Shown here piece after piece: positions 31,401 through 39,744 of a stretch of 64,000 nucleotides of DNA. The stretch's first letter is position 1. Every line of letters begins with the position of its first letter. The translations under genes were made by a program, and so were the position numbers. A model generated the notes under the pieces. It had not been told where the DNA came from and made no database searches. It saw only the letters and a list, made by a program, of their open reading frames with translations. Source of the DNA: a virus. The DNA lies in IMG/VR virus record IMGVR_UViG_3300029305_000349, positions 4,246-68,245 of that record; one strand, given 5' to 3'.

Positions 31401-32311
31401 CCGCAAATGATATTCATCAGACGATCGCGTCTCAGTATACAGAGCTCGTTTCAACTTGTGAATCCATGATTCTCAAAGCTGCTGAGAGCTATACAAGTAT
31501 TTCCGAGTATGAAAGTTTCAAGCAGACTGTCGAATCGGAGTTGAAATTGTTGACTGATCAGTTAAGTCTTAAATTCACTCAGACTAACGAATCACTAACG
31601 AATATGAATAACAACTTGCAGTCTCAGCTCAATACCATCACTACATACTTTACATTCGACGTTGACGGTATGACAATCGGTAAGGTGGATAATCCGAATC
31701 AGGTAGTTATTGCTAACGACACGATTAGCATCCTTGTTAATGGTAACGTAGTACAGGAATTCGATGCAGACGGCAACGCTTTGACTCCGGCTTTGCAGAT
31801 TACTAAGTCACTTAATCTGTTTGGATATTTGATCGATGTTGATGTCAACGGTAACGTTAACTGTGAACTGGTAGATGATTATTATTTGCAGTTTGGTAGA
31901 AACTTGGTACTTAACAGCAACGTAGCAGTATCGAGTGATGCTTATTGTATAAAATCGGGTTATGAAATGTCAGATTATCTCGACGCCACTAAGAAATATA
32001 CTGTTTCGCTGTGTGTCACTCCCGCTGCTGGTGTTACATATTTCGGTATGTATCTTTCATCAGGATCTTCGGGTCATTCGGCAGCTCTGTATACAGACGG
32101 TACGACTAATAAGCAGATTATTACTAAGACGTTCACGCCGTTATACGCTTCCGACAAAACACCAGACGTGAGTGAATCGTATGGTAAACCTTACATTTAT
32201 CGGTTCCCGAATGATGGTACGGTGACTGGCGCATCCACGATCCATTGGATTAAGATCGAGCCTGGCGATACAGCAACTGGTTGGTCAGCAGCACCTGAAG
32301 ACAACACATGA
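28436..32311 (+). CDS. tail fibre/host-specificity protein
   Basis: Long coiled coil plus three modules bounded by GGRN..KLExGNxATDWxPAPED. Confidence 0.8.
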   Translation: MGLSSDLISQFAKVTTSNKEKKPTESTLFGTAVEYDGKMYVKLDGSELLTPVSTTTSVEDGERVTVLLKNHNATVTGNLSSPAVRKDTVDKIDGKVEEIGNQITEFEIVVADKVSTTELDAERARIETLIAEDVTIRGLISANEALIKELEAENATITGKLEVNEAEIENLQANKLEVTIANATYATIKELEATNADIHNLEADYGEFADLTAQRFSAIDADFKNLDSVYATITQLAAEQARIDFLETNSLTADSAVIKNLQTDVADIDTLIFGSASGSVIQTSFANAVIAQLGNAQIKSAMIENLSASKITSGDIITNNVRVLSEDGKLLISDETIQISDDTRVRVQIGKDADNDYSINIWDADGKLMFSEGGITDSAIKEAIIRNDMVSDTANISAHKLDISSLFEEINGSTHTIKSSKIYLSDQEQTLNVAFTSMITDLEDLEGTVTSQGTELSVVQGQIASKIWKEDIDAVSGGASTKFTEIEQELDSLSATVAEHTTTIGNKADSSEVTEVSDKVSAVELSLNGFKSTVSSTYATKTDLSALTTRVSTAESEIDQNADAIALRVTKTEMDNTLAGYSTTSEMNAAIELKADEINSSVASIYATQTELASVEDKTDNAQSDIDNLEIGGRNLIILSTIIDAYRLGGNGETFGSPYSSVTSHISTRSEKYVTLTVYTVYKQYEVDTYFQLGFYTEDGTFISRPLMTEANVSEERSSWTLEIPSNASSMRVSFPTSIKNKVKLEYGNRATDWSPAPEDISEEVNKLETRVTTAETNITQNTEQIALRATKTELTTVQTQAANAQNAADAAQTSVDTLEIGGRNYYKSTSAITQLTQGEYTDSEGNVTYHDVIITRPHDDCPNGFHITGARVLGSNMGSIRIHDVINGDGDWTVSFWIRGSQSVAVRLYVDICDSTPVAVLTNSDNSWKRVEITATVSNYEETRYNFVDFSRIDWAYFYIKDLKIEKGNRATDWTPAPEDVEDKIDNTANDIHQTIASQYTELVSTCESMILKAAESYTSISEYESFKQTVESELKLLTDQLSLKFTQTNESLTNMNNNLQSQLNTITTYFTFDVDGMTIGKVDNPNQVVIANDTISILVNGNVVQEFDADGNALTPALQITKSLNLFGYLIDVDVNGNVNCELVDDYYLQFGRNLVLNSNVAVSSDAYCIKSGYEMSDYLDATKKYTVSLCVTPAAGVTYFGMYLSSGSSGHSAALYTDGTTNKQIITKTFTPLYASDKTPDVSESYGKPYIYRFPNDGTVTGASTIHWIKIEPGDTATGWSAAPEDNT

Positions 32312-32331
32312 TATAGAAAGGAAAATTCAAA

Positions 32332-34485
32332 ATGGCAGTAAGTGGTACATTAAATACTAACTCGTATGAGGGTAGATATTATCAGTTCGCATGGACCGCC
32401 ACTCAATCCGCAGCGAATAACCGTTCAACTATATCGTGGACATTAAGTGCGGTTGGTGGGACATCGTCGTGGTACGCAGAACGAACCCTTATACTTAAGG
32501 CCGTTGGTACTACTTTATATTCTAAGACAGCTCGAGTAGAACGATATACCGGACAAATAACCTCGGGTACGTTCCATGTCGATCACGATAGTAATGGTGA
32601 TGCGAACTTTTCGGTTTCAATACAAGCTGCAGTATACGTTTCAACTGTTAACTGTACTAAGACGGGGTCGTTCGCATTAACCCGTATCGCTAGGGCTTCG
32701 GCTCTTACAGCTGCTAACGGTACGTTGGGTACGGCTCAGACTTTGACCATAACCCCGGCAAATAGTAGCTACAAACATAAGATTACTTATACTTGCGGTT
32801 CGGTTTCGGGGTATGCAGCTGGTAGCTCTACAGCATACGCCAGCTCAAATAGTATATCCTGGACCCCACCTGTAAGTTTGGCAGCGCAGAACACCACCGG
32901 TACGAGTGTTTCAGTAACTTTATATTTGAAGACTTTCGACGGTGACACCCAGATTGGATCGGTAAGCAAAACGCTTACTATGGCGATACCGTCGAGTGTT
33001 AAACCAACCGTATCAATAGCGGTATCGGACCCAACTGGATATTTGACTACGTATGGTGGTTACGTACAAGGCAAGTCGACGATTAAAATTGTAGCTACAG
33101 CAAGTGGTAGTCAGGGCTCGACGATCAAATCTTACAGCACAACCGCTAACGGTAAGACCTATACGACTGCTACGGCCACTACTGGAGTTGTAGCTTCGTC
33201 TGGAACACTTACTGTAAGTACCACCGTAAAAGATAGCCGAGCTCGTACCGCATCAGCGAGTGAAAGTATAACCGCCTTAGCATATACGAATCCGAAGATT
33301 ACTAAACTGTCCGCGGTAAGATGTAATTCGGACGGTACTCCTAATAACTCGGGATCATATTTGAAAGCGGTATTTTCGAGTTCGGTCACGTCACTCAATT
33401 CAAAGAATACTGCTACTTATGTGCTCAAGTATAAGAAGTCAACAGCTTCGACTTACACTTCAGTAACTCTTAGTGATTATACTAAAAACTATGCAGTAAG
33501 TGGTGGCAGTTACGTATTCGCAGCGGAGATTAAGTCCAGTTATGACATTACGTTGACTGTTACGGACGGATTTACCAACGTATCCAGATCGACTAAAGGT
33601 AAAACAGTAACTAAGTTCTGGAGTTGGCTGTATGGCGGTGTAGGATGGGCTTTTGGTAAATACGCAGAGGTCGAGAACGCTGTCGAATTTGGTATGAACG
33701 CTATATTCCACGAGAACGTACACGGTAATACAATCGGACTTGCTGAGTTACCCGCGATACCAGCAAATAGTGATTTGAACGATTATGTAACAACCGGTTG
33801 TTATGCGGTGAGACAAAATGTCACGGCCGCGACCATAGCTAACATACCATGTGCTCACGGTGGTCGATTGATAGTGACAAGTGCATTAGGTACGAAGATT
33901 AACGAAAGCGGTTGGACGTACTGGAAACAACAGTATATTCCGTATTCGAATGAATATCCCACATATACGCGATCTATAACTAGGAACGACAATAACGTAC
34001 TAACGTATGGCGCTTGGGTGTATGAAACGTTAACTAATCTCGGTTCTTGTACTACTTTAACGAATGCTATTGATAGTCGTATTAATACTAAATTTCCAAC
34101 GCTACACACAAACGCTATGGCTCAAAAAGTATTATGGACTGGACCTCGTTATATGACGGCTGATCATACAGCCAACCTATCCGAATTAGTAAGCTCTCAA
34201 AATACAGGTATAGTTTTAGTATGGTCCGAGTATTCGGATGGCACAGCACGTGACTATAGTTTCAACTTAACCTTCATACCGAAGCAGTATGTAACTACCC
34301 ATTCTGGCTGTGGTGTAACTTGTATTATTAGCTCAACATCATTCAATGCTATGGCTACCAAATATGTTTATATTTCAGACGACCATATAACCGGCAATAC
34401 CTATAACAACGCTTCGGGAACCAGTGATAGCGGTATTAAATATGGTAACAATTCTTACGTTTTACGTTATGTATGGGGTGTATAA
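32332..34485 (+). CDS. siphovirus minor structural protein (DUF859-like)
   Basis: QSAANNRSTISW, ALTRIARAS, GGYVQGKS, RCNSDGT, AFGKYAE. Confidence 0.7.
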   Translation: MAVSGTLNTNSYEGRYYQFAWTATQSAANNRSTISWTLSAVGGTSSWYAERTLILKAVGTTLYSKTARVERYTGQITSGTFHVDHDSNGDANFSVSIQAAVYVSTVNCTKTGSFALTRIARASALTAANGTLGTAQTLTITPANSSYKHKITYTCGSVSGYAAGSSTAYASSNSISWTPPVSLAAQNTTGTSVSVTLYLKTFDGDTQIGSVSKTLTMAIPSSVKPTVSIAVSDPTGYLTTYGGYVQGKSTIKIVATASGSQGSTIKSYSTTANGKTYTTATATTGVVASSGTLTVSTTVKDSRARTASASESITALAYTNPKITKLSAVRCNSDGTPNNSGSYLKAVFSSSVTSLNSKNTATYVLKYKKSTASTYTSVTLSDYTKNYAVSGGSYVFAAEIKSSYDITLTVTDGFTNVSRSTKGKTVTKFWSWLYGGVGWAFGKYAEVENAVEFGMNAIFHENVHGNTIGLAELPAIPANSDLNDYVTTGCYAVRQNVTAATIANIPCAHGGRLIVTSALGTKINESGWTYWKQQYIPYSNEYPTYTRSITRNDNNVLTYGAWVYETLTNLGSCTTLTNAIDSRINTKFPTLHTNAMAQKVLWTGPRYMTADHTANLSELVSSQNTGIVLVWSEYSDGTARDYSFNLTFIPKQYVTTHSGCGVTCIISSTSFNAMATKYVYISDDHITGNTYNNASGTSDSGIKYGNNSYVLRYVWGV

Positions 34486-34504
34486 ATAGAAAGGAGAATT
34501 CAAA

Positions 34505-34768
34505 ATGGATTTCATGGCTTTATTTGCAGAATACTTTGTGGCAGTGGTTGTGTTGGGATGTTGCGGTATTGGATATTTACTGAAACATTCCTTCGACATG
34601 ATCCCTAACAAGTTCATTCCTACGATCCTTGCAATTGTGGGGATTATACTTAACTTACTTGCAAGTGGAGTGTCCCTCGAATCAGTGATATATGGAATGA
34701 TGATGGGTCTTGCATCTACGGGACTTCATCAGGCATTTACTAGATTCGTAGAACAGACGACGGAGTGA
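34505..34768 (+). CDS. holin
   Basis: 87 aa, three hydrophobic helices, IPNKFIPTIL and GLASTGLHQAF motifs. Confidence 0.8.
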   Translation: MDFMALFAEYFVAVVVLGCCGIGYLLKHSFDMIPNKFIPTILAIVGIILNLLASGVSLESVIYGMMMGLASTGLHQAFTRFVEQTTE

Positions 34769-34773
34769 TATTT

Positions 34774-35070
34774 ATGGCGTTAAAAAAGAAGATTAAACAG
34801 CCGAACGGTGTCGAATTGGAGTATCACCGCATAGCGATGGTTACGATCGAAACTAATCAGCAGACTACTGTACTCGTACGTTCGTACGTGAACGCAGAAG
34901 GTCGTAAGTACGAATTGGATTATGCGGAAGGTAAAATTACTGGAGAACCGGTATTTCCGTACACATCCGGAGCTTACAGGTCATTTGAATACTCTGAAGA
35001 TATGGATATAACGAACGCGTACGAGTGGTTAAAGAAACAGCCTGACTTCGAAGGGGCTGAAGATATTTAA
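34774..35070 (+). CDS. hypothetical phage protein
   Basis: MALKKKI..NGV.LEYHRI...AYEWLKKQPDFEGAEDI. Confidence 0.6.
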   Translation: MALKKKIKQPNGVELEYHRIAMVTIETNQQTTVLVRSYVNAEGRKYELDYAEGKITGEPVFPYTSGAYRSFEYSEDMDITNAYEWLKKQPDFEGAEDI

Positions 35071-35087
35071 TTAAGGAGGACATACAT

Positions 35088-35357
35088 ATGTCAGACACAT
35101 TATTTGTCAAGAATACTATTCAGAGAGTAGGATTTACAGTTATCGACGGAGTCAAGGTTTTACAGCACACCTGCTCAATCGAGTCAGATAACCCGGAAAA
35201 GATGAGAGTCGTTACTACCAAGCTCAACGAGGAGATGTATAAGAATAATCGTAACGCTTGTAGAGCTGATATTGCAGAGTTCGAGGACGGTTCTTATCTG
35301 ATGCAGGAAGAGATACTCGCGAATGTTACTGCTCCGACTCCTGAAGCAAGCGAGTAA
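35088..35357 (+). CDS. hypothetical protein
   Basis: RBS AGGAGG and ORF. Confidence 0.6.
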   Translation: MSDTLFVKNTIQRVGFTVIDGVKVLQHTCSIESDNPEKMRVVTTKLNEEMYKNNRNACRADIAEFEDGSYLMQEEILANVTAPTPEASE

Positions 35358-35371
35358 GCAGGTGGTTCAAA

Positions 35372-35704
35372 ATGATTGAATATGTTATTACATTTATAGC
35401 TGCTATGGGAATCCCATCTACGATTATGGGGTTCCTTGTATGGTGGCTGAAACGGACGATTGATAAGAACGAGAAGAAACGAGAAGAACGTGAATCGGTT
35501 ACCGAACAGCTTATGTTAATAATTATGAAAAACAGCAGAGCTACCAATGTCCTGGCTGAAGCAACTGCTAAGGCGGTACAGCGTATCCCGGACGCGCATT
35601 GCAATGGCGATATGAAAGCCGCCTTAGAAGAAGCAGAAGCGATTCAAAATGAAGAAAAGGACTTCTTATTCGATCAGGGAATAAAGCATATATTTGGTGA
35701 TTAG
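35372..35704 (+). CDS. membrane protein (holin-like/lysis accessory)
   Basis: N-terminal transmembrane helix plus coiled coil, HCNGDM motif. Confidence 0.55.
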   Translation: MIEYVITFIAAMGIPSTIMGFLVWWLKRTIDKNEKKREERESVTEQLMLIIMKNSRATNVLAEATAKAVQRIPDAHCNGDMKAALEEAEAIQNEEKDFLFDQGIKHIFGD

Positions 35705-35754
35705 CGTCGGAAACAGCTCCTATTATGAGAAAATTATATTTAGGAGGGGTACTT

Positions 35755-36078
35755 ATGAAACCAATTGATCTGGGAATGGTTGCCGATATCGCAACGAAGC
35801 TGGGTAGGATAGTTATAAGTGTATGCGCGACCGGCGCGGCGTATAAAATGCTTTCTGAGACATCCGCGAATATCGTGAAATGTTCCGATTATGATGATGC
35901 GATCGGAGCTATCACTGATAGCGATATGTATTCAGGGGATAAAACGAGGGCGATCGCTATGGTCAAAAGACACGAGGAGGAAACCTATTACGCAGCTATC
36001 GTTCGTATTATGTCGGACAAAAGCACGTATTCTGGAGATAAGTTGAGGATGATTCAGCGAATCTCTTCTGAGCAATAA
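35755..36078 (+). CDS. cassette-encoded hypothetical protein
   Basis: Follows promoter motif and AGGAGG; internal repeat YSGDK; terminator at 36089-36121. Confidence 0.7.
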   Translation: MKPIDLGMVADIATKLGRIVISVCATGAAYKMLSETSANIVKCSDYDDAIGAITDSDMYSGDKTRAIAMVKRHEEETYYAAIVRIMSDKSTYSGDKLRMIQRISSEQ

Positions 36079-36188
36079 TTAGCATAGAAGGGCCGGTTTA
36101 ATTACTGGCTCTTTTGTTTTTCTCTAGCGTTAGAAACGAAAGAAGCAAAACGAATCGTTAGGGTGGTATTATATACCTCTACGATTAA

Positions 36189-36235
36189 AAAGAAAAAGCC
36201 TCCGTCACTACGACAGGGGCTCTTCTTTTTCTTTT
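36189..36235. terminator. bidirectional terminator
   Basis: A-tract, AGCCTC..GTC/GAC..GGGGCT hairpin, T-tract between convergent genes. Confidence 0.6.
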
Positions 36236-36353
36236 ATATTTTCTCTTTCTTAATTCGTTCCATCATCTTATAATATTCGGTGTCAGATATACAATCTTTA
36301 ATGAACATCTCTAGTAATCTTTCTTCTTTAGTCTTAGATTCCTTCTGGCTCAA
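36234..36353 (-). CDS. 39-aa protein resembling the integrase coiled-coil tip
   Basis: RBS GAAAGGTGG, TTG start; MSQKESKTKEERLLEMFIKDCISDTEYYKMMERIKKEKI; below the ORF-track size cut-off. Confidence 0.6.
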   Translation of the reverse strand: MSQKESKTKEERLLEMFIKDCISDTEYYKMMERIKKEKI

Positions 36354-36379
36354 GGGTTTCACCACCTTTCATAAAATCA

Positions 36380-36421
36380 GGTGTAACAGGGCGACGTGTG
36401 TCGATGATGTCCAGTTCCACC
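36380..36421. other. candidate attP
   Basis: 42-bp imperfect inverted repeat GGTGTAACAGGGC...GTCCAGTTCCACC centred on GT (36400-36401), directly after the integrase stop. Confidence 0.5.
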
Positions 36422-36427
36422 GTAGAA

Positions 36428-37792
36428 TTACGTAAAAAATATAACCTTTTCAACTCGCTTACCGTTGAACCTTATTTCCTTAATAAGGTCTTGCCAAAAC
36501 TCTTGTTTCTCTTCCTCATTAAGACCTGCATACATAGTTCTGAAATCGGTTTCGAGCAATTTCTTAAGATGATCCACATTCCGAGGTTTTGATATTTCGA
36601 GTTCTTTCTCGGCTTTAGATATAGCAAGTTTAATCTCAGCATCTTCTTTGTAATATTCTTCGTCAGTTTTATTCCCGGCCATAAACATTATATTTAGACG
36701 TCTCAACTGTTCCTTCAAATTCTTTATAGTTCTCTCGGCATTCGATTTATTTCTAGGTTCTCTAGCTTCGATCTCAACTTCAGCTATCGTGTCCAACATA
36801 AATTCGTCCAGACGTTCAAGCAATTGTTTCTCAGTTTTGGTTTCTGCCATACCGCTGTGATTACTACAACCTCTTCCTCGATGCGCGCATCTATAACTTT
36901 TATTCATTCGTCCATACCTCCTATCGACATCCCCGCACAATTTATTACCGCACTCGGGACATCTCATTAAACCTCGGAAATAGTATGCCACTCCAGTAGG
37001 CGTTCCTTTTATTGTATCTCGCTCTTGAAATTTAAGGAACTTATCTGGGGATACGTATGCAGGACAGAAATCCTGAACGCCTCTATGGATGCCGCAATAA
37101 AAATCACTTTGCGTCATACGTTTCCAAGTTTTCCAGTCTTTTACTATACCATAAGTATTAATCATGTGTCGAATGGCTTTGTTCATGTTATTAGACTCTA
37201 GTAGGATATCCCAAAATTCTTGAACCGCCTGTTGAGTATCGGGATCTTTAATCAATCGACTTATACCATTTGCATCTTTCTCTTTCTTGTATCCGAATGG
37301 TACCGCACGTCCTCCAAAACAAGCTTCTTTATTTTTACGCTTTTGTTCTAATACTACTTTGATACGTTCTGCTGTTCTATCACGTTCGTTCTGAGCAACG
37401 GCTAAGAAGATTGTGATAGCCATTTGACCGTTAGCGGTAGTAGTGTCGTAGTTTTCGTGAATGGTTTTCCACTCGACTCGATTATTGTCCAGAACGTCCT
37501 GTACTTTGAAATATTCTTTAACCGATCTAAACCATCTATCCAATTTGGTAAACAGAATCATATCGATTTTCCCAGCTTCCACGTCGTCTAGTAATCTCTT
37601 AAGCGCTGGACGTTTTAAAGGTGGTTTTGCTCCGGATATACCTTCGTCGATATATTCATCTACGATCTTAAGGTTGTTCTCCTTACAATATTCTCTTAAA
37701 TTAGCAATTTGCGTTTCGATTGAGAATCCATGTAAAGCTTGTTCCTCTGTACTTACCCTAATGTATAAAGCTACTCTGCGAATCCTGCTCAT
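36428..37792 (-). CDS. int: large serine recombinase (integrase)
   Basis: YIRVST catalytic Ser, DEGISG, KLDRWFR, PFGY, Zn ribbon CPECG..YRC; RBS AAGGAG before ATG 37792. Confidence 0.95.
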   Translation of the reverse strand: MSRIRRVALYIRVSTEEQALHGFSIETQIANLREYCKENNLKIVDEYIDEGISGAKPPLKRPALKRLLDDVEAGKIDMILFTKLDRWFRSVKEYFKVQDVLDNNRVEWKTIHENYDTTTANGQMAITIFLAVAQNERDRTAERIKVVLEQKRKNKEACFGGRAVPFGYKKEKDANGISRLIKDPDTQQAVQEFWDILLESNNMNKAIRHMINTYGIVKDWKTWKRMTQSDFYCGIHRGVQDFCPAYVSPDKFLKFQERDTIKGTPTGVAYYFRGLMRCPECGNKLCGDVDRRYGRMNKSYRCAHRGRGCSNHSGMAETKTEKQLLERLDEFMLDTIAEVEIEAREPRNKSNAERTIKNLKEQLRRLNIMFMAGNKTDEEYYKEDAEIKLAISKAEKELEISKPRNVDHLKKLLETDFRTMYAGLNEEEKQEFWQDLIKEIRFNGKRVEKVIFFT

Positions 37793-37850
37793 GATGTATA
37801 ACTCCTTAATTATATTTTGTAATAGGTACCAAAGTTGCATACAATTACCA

Positions 37851-37915
37851 TTGAAAACTAAGTATTCAGTTTTTTATAATAATTTACGCAAGTGACATTA
37901 GTCCTATTAATGTCA
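37851..37915 (+). promoter_or_regulatory. sigma-70-like promoter and palindromic operator in the int/early divergent region
   Basis: TTGAAA-N18-TATAAT (37851-37880); TGACATTA-N7-TAATGTCA (37893-37915). Confidence 0.5.
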
Positions 37916-37943
37916 TAATAACATATTTTCAGAGGAGTGGAAA

Positions 37944-38057
37944 ATGAAATCTAGAATAGAAGAAGTACTTAGTCGAATATTAAGTAGAAAACACGACGCT
38001 GATATTAAGATTAGTTTCAAGGAGAGAAAGTCATGTCAGAAAAAACAAAAGAAATAA
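37944..38057 (+). CDS. 37-aa protein divergent from the integrase
   Basis: RBS AGGAG; MKSRIEEVLSRILSRKHDADIKISFKERK... Confidence 0.5.
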   Translation: MKSRIEEVLSRILSRKHDADIKISFKERKSCQKKQKK

Positions 38058-38185
38058 TCAACGAACTGTGCAAATTGATATTAGTACAGGAACAGGAAAT
38101 CGAGAAGTTGCGGAAACGAAATAAGTTATGTGAGGAATACATAGAGATTTACGAAGAGTTCATCAAAGGGAGGTCTGAACAGTGA
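38033..38185 (+). CDS. 50-aa coiled-coil protein
   Basis: RBS AAGGAG; overlaps both neighbours. Confidence 0.5.
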   Translation: MSEKTKEIINELCKLILVQEQEIEKLRKRNKLCEEYIEIYEEFIKGRSEQ

Positions 38186-38601
38186 GTGTTACTGTCAGGG
38201 CCGAGGTAGTTACGACTAATAGATATTGGATTAGCAAACATCGGCATTACGAATTGAAACATTTCTGTTTACAGTATCCTATTTGGAAAAGGGATTATGC
38301 TAGTTTTAATGACGATAGTGTATCGCTTTCTACGATTGAGAACTCGCCAACGAGTAATTTACCGGGCGATCCTACAGCCAAACGTGCAATTATGAAAGCT
38401 GCGTTAATCGAGAAGATAGAATTAGTAGAGACAGCTGCTCGTGAAGCTGATAGATATTTATATGAATACATAATAAAAGGCGTTACCGAGAGTTTATCGT
38501 ATTCGGCTCTGAAAGCTAAGTATGATATTCCGTGTGGTAAAGATATGTACTATGACAGGTACAGACGATTCTTCTGGTTGTTAAGTGAAGCGCGTGGGTG
38601 A
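38182..38601 (+). CDS. putative ArpU/RinA-like transcriptional activator
   Basis: 139 aa; DPTAKRA, then a C-terminal helix-turn-helix-like LSYSAL..IPCGKDMYYDRYRRFFWLL. Confidence 0.5.
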   Translation: MSVTVRAEVVTTNRYWISKHRHYELKHFCLQYPIWKRDYASFNDDSVSLSTIENSPTSNLPGDPTAKRAIMKAALIEKIELVETAAREADRYLYEYIIKGVTESLSYSALKAKYDIPCGKDMYYDRYRRFFWLLSEARG

Positions 38602-38654
38602 TTCGCGTAAAATTCCACTCCTATTATGAGAAAATTATATTAGGAGGGCTTATT

Positions 38655-38867
38655 ATGGCTTGGAGTTTCAAAAAAAAGAACAGGTATGATGAAGATCCTA
38701 GAGAACTGTATAGAAAAGTCGTAGAAATGGATGATCGTGGGGTTCCCTACGATAGAATCGCGGAAGCGACTGGGTTATTACGGTTTCAGGTAATCGATAT
38801 CGTTCAGTGTGAATTTGGAAGGAGGAAAGTACAGGCAACAGCACAGAGATATAATCTCGACATTTGA
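38655..38867 (+). CDS. cassette-encoded small HTH protein
   Basis: GVPYDRIAEATGLLRFQVIDIV; terminator at 38866-38890. Confidence 0.6.
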   Translation: MAWSFKKKNRYDEDPRELYRKVVEMDDRGVPYDRIAEATGLLRFQVIDIVQCEFGRRKVQATAQRYNLDI

Positions 38868-38990
38868 GGGCTTCGGTCCTCTTTTGTTTTCTGTGTGAAG
38901 GAACTGATGACAGTCGAGAACGTAGTGAGGTAATTCGCGCCAGAAATAGTTCCTATTATGAGAAGATAATATATTTAGGAGGAGATTGTT

Positions 38991-39167
38991 ATGTTATTAA
39001 ATATTATGGTGGTAACATTAGCTGTATTTGTAGGGAATACGTTATTCTACGGAGCGTTATTTGCGCTTGCTATGAATAAGAAGTTTTTAAAATGGTATAC
39101 AAAATACACAATGAAAAAATCAGTAGAAATTGGTAACGAATTATTCGACGAAAAAGGTGTTATTTAA
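38991..39167 (+). CDS. cassette-encoded 58-aa membrane protein
   Basis: AGGAGG; MLLNIMVVTLAVFVGNTLFYGALFALAM...; terminator at 39174-39203. Confidence 0.65.
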   Translation: MLLNIMVVTLAVFVGNTLFYGALFALAMNKKFLKWYTKYTMKKSVEIGNELFDEKGVI

Positions 39168-39243
39168 AGAATCGACTCGGTGGAAACATCGGGTCTTTTC
39201 TTTCGCCTATAAAACACTTCCTTTAATGAAAGGAGGTATAAGC

Positions 39244-39363
39244 ATGGTTATGAAATTCATTAAATCGTTGCTCCGATATATTGTCGTGGTGATAATTATC
39301 GGGGCGATTTTATTGTTGGTAACTGGCATATTCAAACTGTTCACCGGCAGAAAGGGGCGTTAA
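39244..39363 (+). CDS. cassette-encoded 39-aa membrane peptide
   Basis: AGGAGG; single transmembrane helix; terminator at 39352-39380. Confidence 0.6.
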   Translation: MVMKFIKSLLRYIVVVIIIGAILLLVTGIFKLFTGRKGR

Positions 39364-39485
39364 TGCTCCTTTTTGTTTTTATATTTCTAATCTAGGTTAA
39401 AGAATCGACTAATCTAGATTAAAACCCGGACGCACTTGACGGAAAATGGTGATAATTTAGTAAAGTGAGAGAAAGGAGAAAAGAG

Positions 39486-39692
39486 ATGCTACAGTTCACA
39501 ATTGGAGTGGTTATTGGGTGTATCACAATGTTATTGATATTTCACTTCAGCAGCGCTCACGGCACACTCAAAGTTGACACAAGCGATCAGAATACAGACC
39601 GTTTCCGAATCGTGGTCGACAAGCTTGATACACTCGAGACGTACGATCGAATGATTCTACGCATCGTTCACGAAGACTTATCGCAGGAATAA
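39486..39692 (+). CDS. small membrane-anchored protein
   Basis: GAAAGGAG RBS; N-terminal transmembrane helix. Confidence 0.6.
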   Translation: MLQFTIGVVIGCITMLLIFHFSSAHGTLKVDTSDQNTDRFRIVVDKLDTLETYDRMILRIVHEDLSQE

Positions 39693-39744
39693 CAGGTCCT
39701 ATTATGAGGGGCGTATTAAGTCTCAAAAAGAAAGGAGAATAACA

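Larger units (their letters stand above)
5988..35652 (+). repeat. dispersed oriented 10-mer TTCAAAATGG
   Basis: Exact copies at 5988, 7535, 9310, 10530, 13608, 14948, 16182, 17614, 19812, 21159, 24717, 27574, 32326, 34499; one-mismatch copies at 8506, 11824, 25949, 35366, 35643. Confidence 0.9.
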
